Shown: one piece after another, positions 21,231 to 31,900 of the stretch | Position numbering within the stretch: position 1 is the first letter of the stretch | Layout of the letters: each line of letters begins with the position of its first letter | Origin: Macrostomum lignano | Taxonomy: Eukaryota | Direction: 5' to 3' | Assembly: GCA_002269645.1 (NCBI GenBank) | Contig: NIVC01003612.1 | Span: 1-38,642, forward strand | DNA length: 38,642 nucleotides | Position numbers and translations under genes: made by a program | The notes under the pieces: generated by a model | What the model was told of the DNA's origin: nothing | Databases searched by the model: none | Seen by the model: the letters and a program-made list of their open reading frames with translations, nothing else

Positions 21231-22311
21231 GCCTGAACTGACACAGCCTGATCTGACACAGCCTGACTTGACACAGCCTGACCTGACACAGCCTGACCTG
21301 ACACAGCCTGACCTGACACAATCTGACCTGACACAGCCTGACCTGACATAGCCTGACCTGACACAGCCTGACCTGACACAGCCTGACCTGACACAGCCTG
21401 ACCTGACACAGCCTGACCTGACATAGCCTGACCTGACACAGCCTGACCTGACACAGCCTGACCTGACACAGCCTGACCTGACACAGCCTGACCTGACACA
21501 GCCTGACCTGACACAGCCTGACCTGACACAGCCTGACCTGACACAGCCTGACCTGACACAGCCTGACCTGACACAGCCTGACCTGACACAGCCTGACCTG
21601 ACACAGCCTGACCTGACATAGCCTGACCTGACACAGCCTGACCCGACACAGCCTGACCTGTCACAGCCTGACCTCACACAGCCTGACCTCACACAGCCTG
21701 ACCTCACACAGCCTGACCTGACATAGCCTGACCTGACACAGCCTGACCTGACACAGCCTGACCTGACACAGCCTGACCTGACACAGCCTGACCTGACACA
21801 GCCTGACCTGACACAGCCTGACCTGACACAGCCTGACCTGACACAGCCTGACCTGACATAGCCTGACCTGACACAGCCTGACCCGACACAGCCTGACCTG
21901 TCACAGCCTGACCTCACACAGCCTGACCTCACACAGCCTGACCTCACACAGCCTGACCTGACATAGCCTGACCTGACACAGCCTGACCTGACACAGCCTG
22001 ACCTGACACAGCCTGACCTGACACAGCCTGACCTGACACAGCCTGACCTGACACAGCCTGACCTGACACAGTCTGACCTGACACAGCCTGACCTGACATA
22101 GCCTGACCTGACACAGCCTGACCCGACACAGCCTGACCTGTCACAGCCTGACCTCACACAGCCTGACCTCACACAGCCTGACCTCACACAGCCTGACCTG
22201 ACATAGCCTGACCTGACACAGCCTGATCTGACACAGCCTGACCTGACACAGCCTGACCTGACACAGCCTGACCTGACACAGTCTGACCTGATACAGTCTA
22301 ACCTGACACAC
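21231..22311. repeat. Minisatellite, 15-bp unit, about 72 copies, with 240-bp higher-order repeat
   Basis: (acacagcctgacctg)n; the same variant block recurs at 21641, 21881 and 22121. Confidence 0.95.
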
Positions 22312-22863
22312 GAAACAGTACAGAACTGACACACTAAATAGTGCAGACCTGACATACTTTGAGTACAGGTACTCATATAGAGTCCACCTGCTCTTTAACT
22401 TTTGTGAATCAAAATACTGCCTTGCTTCGTTAATCCTATGCATGACATACATGTACATAAATAGGCTTTTTCTAACCATTTTCACTTAGTTTCAGACTGC
22501 AAAATAACAAACTGCAATGTACACTGAATTCATAATGTGCATTAATTCAATGAACGTACAGAGGGGTACGCTGGAATGTTAGTACCTAGTTTGGGGAAAC
22601 GCTTGTACGTGTATATGCATAGAAGCATTACTGCAGTCATTAATGACTACAAGGTACCATTTATTTTCCTGGCAAAAAGAATTTCTGGCTAGAAAAACCA
22701 GTCTCTAAAAGCATTGATTTCAAGATTTTCCAGGAAACTTTCAAGAAAGGAAAGGTTTGTTAATCCAATGATTTATGCTCACTGAAGCCAATCGGGAAAT
22801 GTTTAAATTCATAAATATCCATCTTTTCTCGCAGTTCCTTTGAGGCTCTGCGTCCTGAGCATC

Positions 22864-22903
22864 ATGGAGGCTGGGGTCGATGATGACGGAGCTGAAGAGT
22901 CTG
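22864..22903 (+). CDS. ANK-cGLR gene, probable first coding exon (MEAGVDDDGAEES)
   Basis: ATG in context atcATGG; donor G/GTGAGT in phase 1 matches the phase-1 acceptor atttcag at 26277; the big exon has no in-frame ATG before its first ankyrin repeat. Confidence 0.6.
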
Positions 22904-25900
22904 GTGAGTTCTCGTGCCCAGCGAGTTTGATTTCCAGCTGGTTTTAAGGCTATGCAATATGGAATATGAATTGAATTGGAGATGAAATGCAGTCCAATGT
23001 AAGTTCTAGGAGCATAGCTACAATCCACTGTAGTATATAGAAGGGATAGCTGTAATCCACTGTAGGATCTGTGAGAAAAGCTGTAATCCACTGTAGGATC
23101 TGTGAGAAAAGCTGTAATCCACTGTAGGATCTGTGAGCATAGCTGTAATCCACTGTAGGATCTGTGAGAAAAGCTGTAATCCACTGTAGGATCTGTGAGA
23201 AAAGCTGTAATCCACTGTATGATCTGTGAGAAAAGCTGTAATCCACTGTAGGATCTGTGAGAAAAGCTGTAATCCACTGTATGATCTGTGAGAAAAGCTG
23301 TAATCCACTGTAGGATCTGTGAGCATAGCTGTAATCCACTGTAGGATCTGTGAGAAAAGCTGTAATCCACTTTAGGATCTGTGAGAAAAGCTGTAATCCA
23401 CTGTATGATCTGTGAGAAAAGCTGTAATCCACTGTAGGATCTGTGAGAAAAGCTGTAATCCACTGTATGATCTGTGAGAAAAGCTGTAATCCACTGTAGG
23501 ATCTGTGAGCATAGCTGTAATCCACTGTATGATCTGTGAGAAAAGCTGTAATCCACTGTAGGATCTGTGAGAAAAGCTGTAATCCACTGTAGGATCTGTG
23601 AGCATAGCTGTAATCCACTGTAGGATCTGTGAGAAAAGCTGTAATCCAAAGCAAAATCTGTGAGCATAGCTGTAATCCAATGTAGGATCTGTGAGCATAG
23701 CTGCAATCCACTATAAAATCTGGAAGCATAGCTGTAATCCACTGTAGGATCTGTGAGCATAGCTGTAATCCAATGTAGGATCTGGGAGCAAAGCTGCAAT
23801 CCAATGGAGGATCTGGGAGCAAAGCTGCAATCCAATGGAGGATCTGGGAGCATAGCTGCAATCCAATGGAGGATCTGGGAGCAAAGCTGCAATCCAATGG
23901 AGGATCTGGGAGCATAGCTGCAATCCAATGGAGGATCTGTGAGCATAGCTGCAATCCAATGGAGGATCTGGGAGCAAAGCTGCAATCCAATGGAGGATCT
24001 GGAGGTATTTGAGTCCTCATAGTTTCAATTACCGGGGGCGCTGATGTTTTCAGCAACAATAATTTCCTTTTCAATTTTTTTGTTTCGATTGTGCTCTACT
24101 ACCATCACATAAATTTAATGAAGAAGGTAAAAATGAAGGTCATTGTGCTGAACTATAAGCTGCGATGGCACTGGTCAAACATTGCGGCAGTTCAGGGCTG
24201 CAGAAACGACTGCCAATAATTTCCAAACCAGAAAAATGCATTAATTTTTTGTTCCTAAACATTACACAGCAGTAAACAGTGCCAATGTGCCGCATATTGT
24301 AATTATAAATGTGGAACTTTGCGGCTTTAATGTACAGTTAGCCGGTAGCTACTGCTCGAGGCTTGGACTGCCAGACTCGCAGAAGCAGCCAGACAGTTTT
24401 TACGAAGCTCGAATGTGAGATGATTATAAAGAGACGAAGAGGCCGCTAATTGTTATCTAAGGCCGTACGCACGCACTGAGAAATGAGTGCAACTAAAGTT
24501 TATTATTGCTATTATTTAACTTTTTCTACTGACATAAACAGTCCGAAAATAACAGACAGGTGTTTACTAATTCAACCACAGTCTGGGCGTTTCGGAGAGA
24601 AAAGTGGCCATACACAATCACAATGAGTATGAGACGATCAAGTTTAGTTTGCCAATTGTTTGCGTTCAACAGCTGTACGACCGTATAGATAGACGGTTTA
24701 TTGTCCAGGGAATGAGATAAACTTTGCTGGGGCGCTTCATAAAGACCTAAATTTCACAACGCCTTTGAAGCACATGACTTCACATCGCCTAAATTTTATG
24801 CCTAATGAAATTTTGAATTTCACTGCGTCTAAAATCTCTGCACACTTTCACATTCAGTTTTAGACGTTGTGAATTTTAGACAATATGATGAAGTTTAGGT
24901 CTTATGAAAGCGTCCCATTTTGCCTGAGCTCAGGAGCAGTGCAGCTGTTCTAAAGAGCTTCATAAGACCTTTCCTTCTGTCTTAAGCGATTTTATGTACA
25001 TTGAATAATATTGGTGCACGTCATCATGTGCCAGCTACTAAAAAAAGCATTATCGTGGCTATTTATTTTTAGAATTAAAATGCTACTGTTTCTACTGAAA
25101 GTAGTTAACTTAGGTAATTTTAATTTTGCTTGCATGAAGAAATATTAGGTGTTGTCGTTAAGGGTGCGTGTCGTTAAGGGTGCGTGTCGTTAGGGGTGCG
25201 TGTCGTTAAGGGTGCGTTTCGTTAAGGGTGCGTGTCGTTAAGGGTGCGTGTCGTTTAGGGTGCGTGTCGTTTAGGGTGCGTGCCATTAAGCAGAAGCGTC
25301 GCCACCGGGAAGACTGGGGGGACGTGTTCCCCCCAGTAAAAGCTATGGGGGGCATGCCAATGCTTTGTCCCCCCACGCTCCATCATGTGACTCATTATAG
25401 AAATCAATAATTGTGCTTCAGGGAGTCAAAATATAGCGCCAAAATGATTGCCCACCTGTGGCGCTAAAAAGTAAGTGCCGGGCTGCGGTGCCAAAATGAG
25501 TGCATGTGAAGCCAAAATGAGTGCATGTGGAGCCAAAATGAGTGCATGTGGAGCCAAAATTAGTGCATGTGAAGCCAAAATGAGTGTATGTGGAGCCAAA
25601 ATGAAAGCATGTGGAGCCAAAATGAGTGCATGTGAAGCCAAAATGAGTGCATGTGGAGCCAAAATTAGTGCATGTGAAGCCAAAATGAGTGTATGTGGAG
25701 CCAAAATGAAAACATGTGGAGCCAAAATGAGTGCTAACAATAGCGATTCCCAAAATAATGTAAGAATTTAGTCATTTTGAATCGAGAGCCCCCAATTCCC
25801 AAATTTCTTTCTACTAACAATTTAGTAAAAAAATGCATTTATAAGCATGCGCTCAGACGCACTCGAGCACAAGTACAAAGGCATTCTGTGTGTTGAATGC

Positions 25901-28900
25901 ACTTTCGATCTCTCATCAGACTGGGCAGTCTGCAATTGTTTTTGTTATTTTTCTTACCTGATCAATACAAAAAGTTTTTCTTATGAGTGTAGAACTATTT
26001 TTATCTGTCACGAGTAAAAAAGCTGTGCCTAGTAATGATGTATTTTCGCAAATTCAAATAAGCAAGATATGCTGTTAGGAAAGAATTTTAAGATATTTTA
26101 GTCTATCTAAGGCGGCGGAATGCATGTAGATCAACAGTTAACACGCCTGGCACTGGAGCCCTGATTTTATTCGTACTAAATTGCATACAACTGTTATAGT
26201 AATTTGTTATTTATCGATATTTCTGTCAAGTGTCATTATTGCCAGCCAATTTCTATCAGCCCAAAACTAAATTTCAGAGGTAAAGAAAACGCCAAATCGT
26301 CGCAACAGCCAAGGTCGAACAGAGCTGCACGTCGCGAGCAGCGTCGGACAGTCCGAGAGAGTTTTGGAGCTGCTTCAGGCTGGCTTCGCTCCGGACGATA
26401 CCGACGCAGCGGGAGACACGCCACTACTGATCGCTGCGAGAGCCGATCACGTGAACATTGTGCACACTCTCCTTGACTTCTCAGCTCGACTGGACGTTAG
26501 GAACGATCAGGGAGAGACGGCTTTACTAGCGGCTCTCCGAGGAGGTCACGTGAATGTCGCGCGGTTGATTCTTCAAAAGACAGATTCGCCTTTCTTGGAT
26601 TTACAAACCTTCGACGAGCTGATGGAGAATTTTTTGAGAGACGATGAGCCTGAGCTGATGCAGATGGTGCTGCAGTGCGCACCAAGCAATGCAGACCTGA
26701 CCTGGCAGGTCATCACAGCATGCGAGCTCGGCCGAGAGGAACTGCTCATTCTGATGATGAGCAAACGATCAAATCTTGATATTCCTGAAAAGCCTGTTTC
26801 ACCGCTGATAATGGCTGCTCAAAATGGACACGAGGCAATCGTCAAGTTACTGGTGGATCGAGGTGCTCGCATCAACGTCCAGGACGAGTTTGGGACGTCG
26901 CCTCTGAGTGCAGCCGCTCAGAACGGGCACGGAAATGTTGTTGCTCACCTGATTGAAGCCAGTGCAGACGTGAATCTGCTGCAGAACGACTCAACAAGCC
27001 CGCTGCTGCTCGCCTGTCAAGAGGGACACCGCGAGATCGCCGCTCAGCTGCTGCGGGCCGGTGCCGACCCGAGGATCGCCAACGAAGGCGGCTGCTCACC
27101 GCTGATGATGGCCGCGCAGCTCGGACACGAGGAGATCGTCAGCCAGTTGGCGCATACCAAGGAGCTGCTGGAAGACCGGGACAGCTTCGGGAGAACAGCG
27201 CTATGGCTCGCTGTGCAAGCAGGTCGAGAGGCCGTGGTGAAGCAGCTGCTCGAGGCCGGGGCAGAAGCCGACGTCTTTGACAGCAGCGGAAACTCGATTT
27301 TCGATGTGGCGGCTGAGACCAGAAGCAGCGCGATTCTGGTCAGTCTGCAGACTTACGCCAATCTGAGGGCTCCAAAGTTCAAGGCCAGGCCGTACGGACC
27401 TCAGGCTGAAGAGCCAAAGCAGAAGGTTTCTGAGCTTCAAACCCAGCTCAGTAACTTGTTCTCAGGAATGCAGAGAACTCAGCTGATGGAGGCTGCATGG
27501 AGTGGAAACCTGCAAGATGTGGAATTTATCGTGAGCAGCGAGCCGGAAGAGATCAACAAAACGAATATCGAGGGAAAGACGGCTCTTCATTTCGCAGCAG
27601 CTGAGGGTCACTTGGAGGTCACACGGCTGCTCTTGCACTCTGGAGCCGAGGTGGACGCAGCCGACTTTCAAAGAGCGACGCCGCTGATTTTCGCAGCTCA
27701 GAGCGGCTACTCGCAGATTTGTGATGCTCTGCTATCTGCAGGTGCGGAAGTGGACTGGAAGGGCAGAAACGATGGAACTCCGTTGCGACTCGCAGCTCAG
27801 AGCGGATACAGAGACACCGCAGCAGTGCTGATCAAAGCCGGAGCCAATGTCGATATGCCGGACTATCAGAACGCAACGCCTCTGCTAATGGCTGCTCAAA
27901 TCGGACACGTAAAGCTCTGCAGAGACCTGCTGCATGCTGGAGCCGATGTCGACTGGAGGGGCAAGAGAGGAGGAACTCCGTTGCGACTCGCTGTCCAGAA
28001 TGGTCATTCGGATGTTGTTGAGTTGCTGCTCAAGTCGCAAGCCGATGTTGAAACAAGAGATGACGGAGGAAATACACCACTAATTATTGCTTCTTTCTTA
28101 GGCTTTGAGAAAATAGTAGTCGCACTACTGAAGGCTCAGGCGTTGGTGAGCCCATCGGATAACGAAGGAGGCTCAGCGTTGTCTTGCGCTGCTCAGAATG
28201 GTTATTTGAGTATTGCCGAGCAGTTGATTGAGACTGGAGCAGACACCGAGCATGTGGGCAAGGGTGACGCCACACCAATCATTGTTGCGGCTGGCAATGG
28301 TCGTGACGATGTTGTGAACCTGCTCATCAAGAAGGGTGTTGATGTTAACGCATGCGACTGCATGGGAAGAGCAGCCATCACCCACTCTGCCTACTCCGGT
28401 CACCTGGCTGTAGTCAAGCTGTTGCTGGAAGCTGAGGCGAATCCGAACTATGTCGATGGCACACTCGCAACTCCGCTACTTCTCGCTGCTCAAAACGGCC
28501 ACAGAGAAATCGTTTCTCTACTGCTTAATACAGGAGCTGATGTCAATTGGATCGGAAAGGGAGGTGGAACTCCGCTTACCTTAGCCAGTATTCAAGGCCA
28601 CTTTGAAATCACTTCAGACTTGCTGCTGGCTGGTGCTGACGTGAACTACCAGGATGAGGATGGACACAGTGCCCTTATTCTGGCCGCCTACACGGGCCAG
28701 CTGATGGCGACCGCGCTGCTTCTGTCAGCTGGCGCCAATCCGAATCTCAGAGACAGTCATGGATCAACTGCTCTGCACATGGCGGCTCAGAATGGTCACT
28801 ACGAGGTTCTCGTCTTGCTTTTGCTTGCTGAAGCAGCGCTAGAAATCAGAGGAAAGAATGGAAACACTGCGCTTACGATTGCGTCCCTTCATGGAAGGTC

Positions 28901-31900
28901 TGACATAGTCAAGGAGCTGCTGTCTGTGGGTGCCGACCCTCACGCTACAAACGATAGTGGCGACTCCGCTTTGACCTTGGCAGCTGTCAGCAGGTCAGTC
29001 GAAACAGTGAGTCTGATCTTGGAGTCAGGGGTGGATGTTAACCACTCAAGTGATTTTGGATTATCTGCTTTATTCACTTCATGTGCCCTGCACAACACGG
29101 ATGCAGTTCTGAAGCTTCTTTCGTTTGGGGCGGAACCAGATAAATCTGGATTGTTTGGTCAGTTCCCATTGACTGTTGCAGCAATAGGAGGATTCACCGA
29201 CATTGTCCAAATACTACTAATGTACTCTGCTGATGTGAACGCTGTCGATTTGGATCTGCAATCAGCTCTAATCTTGGCATCGGAACGGGGCTTCGATGAC
29301 ATTGTTCTGATGCTACTAAACTCTGGTGCTGCCGTTAATCAACAAGACAAGAATGGAAACACAGCACTGATACTTGCGGCTTATTTCTGCAGAATATCAT
29401 GCGCCGAGCTGCTTATTGATGCCGGTGCTGATTTAGAGATTCAAGATACGGAGGGAGGCGGTGCAATCCATTGTGCCACTCAACAGGGCTGCCTTGCTAT
29501 AGTGAAAAAGCTCGTCGGCGCGATGGCCGATGTGAACAGTCGAGGGAAAAATACGAGCACGGCCACTTTGTCGGCTTGTGTAAACAATAGGCCTGAACTC
29601 TTAGAGTTTCTTGTAATGAGTGGAGCAGATATTAATTTAGTTTATTATAATGGGCTCAGCTGCTTGATGGCTGCTTGTGCAAGAGGTACGAAAGATGATG
29701 TTACTCAACTGTGTGAAATTTTAATAAGGTTCGGAGCAGACGTGAATCACCAGGATGAGTTTGGAAAATCTTCCCTGATGTTAGCATGCCTTAGTGAAAG
29801 AATCCCTGTTGTCGAAATGCTGGTTGAAGCCGGAGCAAATCCAAACTTACAGGATTCTGATGGATTAACGGCACTTATGCTGGCTGCCATTTCTTCTTTC
29901 CGAGGCTGTGCTGCTTCCGTCGAAATTTTGTTATCCGCGAAAGCAGATCCCGATTTGACCTACGCTACTCATGGATTCACTGCCTTAATGATGGCATGCG
30001 CTCTCGGCAATCCTGAGGTCGCTAGAATGCTGGCTGCTGCTTCAAAAAACATCAATTTGCAAAGCTCGGATGGCACAACTTGCCTGCACTATGCCTCATT
30101 TTCAAAGAGCGCTGAAACAGTTAAAGTATTGATTAAACATGGAGCAGACCACCATGTTCGAGCATCAGAGGGTGGTCAGCCTTTGCACTGTGCTGCTCAA
30201 AATGGTAGTGTAGAGGCAGTAGACGTGTTGATTAAGGAAGGTGCAGATGTAAACTCAGCAGGTAAAAATGGAGCGACACCGCTGATGCTGGCCTGTCTAA
30301 ACGGACATCCGACTTTAGTGAAATGGTTGTTGGACGCTGGTGCAGACTTTAATGCTATGAACAGTCAATCCCACACTGCTTTAATGCTGGCTTGCGTGTC
30401 GGACTGTTACGAAGCAGTCGAGATGCTGCTTGAGCGGGAAGTTTTTGTGGACATTGTAGACGAAAACGGACTGACGGCTCTCCAAATAGCTGTAGTTAAG
30501 AGTAGCCCAGACATTGTACATCTGCTTGTTCTATTTGGTGCGAATGTTAATTATCAGGCTAATCAGCAGGGTATGAAATCCGTGCTAGAAACTGCTGTTG
30601 GTGCTGGAAATGTAAAAGCAGTCGAAATTTTGCTAGAAAACAAAGCTGACCCGAATATAACGAATACAAAAGGGGAAACCCCGCTTATCCTAAGTGCATA
30701 CTTCGGTCAGACAGAAGTCGTAAGTCTCTTGTTGAGATACAAAGCGAATGTCGATCAGGTCGACAAAGACAATCACAGCCCATTGCAGTGCGCATCGCAG
30801 AACGGTCACTTTGACATTGTAAAATTAGTCCTGGAAGCTGGTGTGGAAGTAAACCTAAAAGGAAAAGGTGGCGCATCTGCTTTGACATTAGCGGCTATAA
30901 ATGGGCACTTCGAGATCGTAAGGCTTCTTATTGAGCACAACGCATATGTGGACGCTGTCGATGATGACGGAGATTCACCATTAATACTCGCAACCTACCG
31001 AGGGCATAAGAGTTGCGTAGAGTTGCTGCTTTCTGCTAAAGCTAAGGTCGATTTAGCAGATAATAAGGGCAACACAGCCTTCTTTTACGCAGTATTCGTT
31101 TCGTCGCTTGAAATTTCTCGGCTACTTTTGGCTGCAGGGGCAAACCCGAATGTAAAGAATAAGCACGGCCATTCTCCCATTCTGCTAGCATCCCTACTCA
31201 ATAGAATAGACATCGCTGAGCTGCTAGTCAGTGAATCTGCAGATCTGAACGCCGCCGACAACGAGAGGGCAACGCCGATTTTACTCGCAGTCCAGACGGG
31301 CCACACAGACATGATTAAGTGGCTCATCAGCAAAGGCGCTGACATAAACTGTATCGGGAAAGGAGGTGCGACTCCAATCATCCTTGCCAGCGGCATCGGG
31401 CACCATGAGTCAGTTATGCTTCTGCTGGCTGGAGCCCGTGTGAATCACCAGGATTCCATGGGTAATACGGCCTTGTTCTACGCCTCACTGTTTGGTTACA
31501 ACAGCATTGTTGAGCTCTTAATCTCAAATGGTGCGAATCCAAGGCTGGCGAATCTCGAAGGTGACACTCCGCTGATTGTGGCTGCGTACTCCGGACACTT
31601 CGGAATCGTTTCGCTCCTCATTACTGATGAAACTGATGTCAATCACGGAGACCAAAACGGATGCACATCTCTGCATGTTGCTGCTCAAAATGGGCATGCT
31701 GAGATCGCTAGATTTCTGCTCGAACATGGAGCCAATATAAATGCCATTGGCAAGAATGGAACAACACCTCTGATTCGGGCCTCTCTAAATGGACGTGGAG
31801 ACGTGGCCCAGCTACTGTTGGAAAATAATGCCCTGATTGACGCGGTGAACAATGATGGATACTCTGCACTCATGCTGGCTGCCATGCATACCCACGCTGA

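Noticed and set aside
21218-22485. 382-aa VRSGC ORF and the GQAVS and QVRLC ORFs
   Set aside because: Translations of the 15-bp minisatellite
22741-24074. 414-aa and 374-aa minus-strand ORFs and the shorter overlapping ones
   Set aside because: Translations of the 31-bp minisatellite (31-aa period = 3 units); open in all three frames; lie antisense in an intron
25418-25771. AKMSACG-type repeat ORFs
   Set aside because: 21-bp minisatellite artefacts
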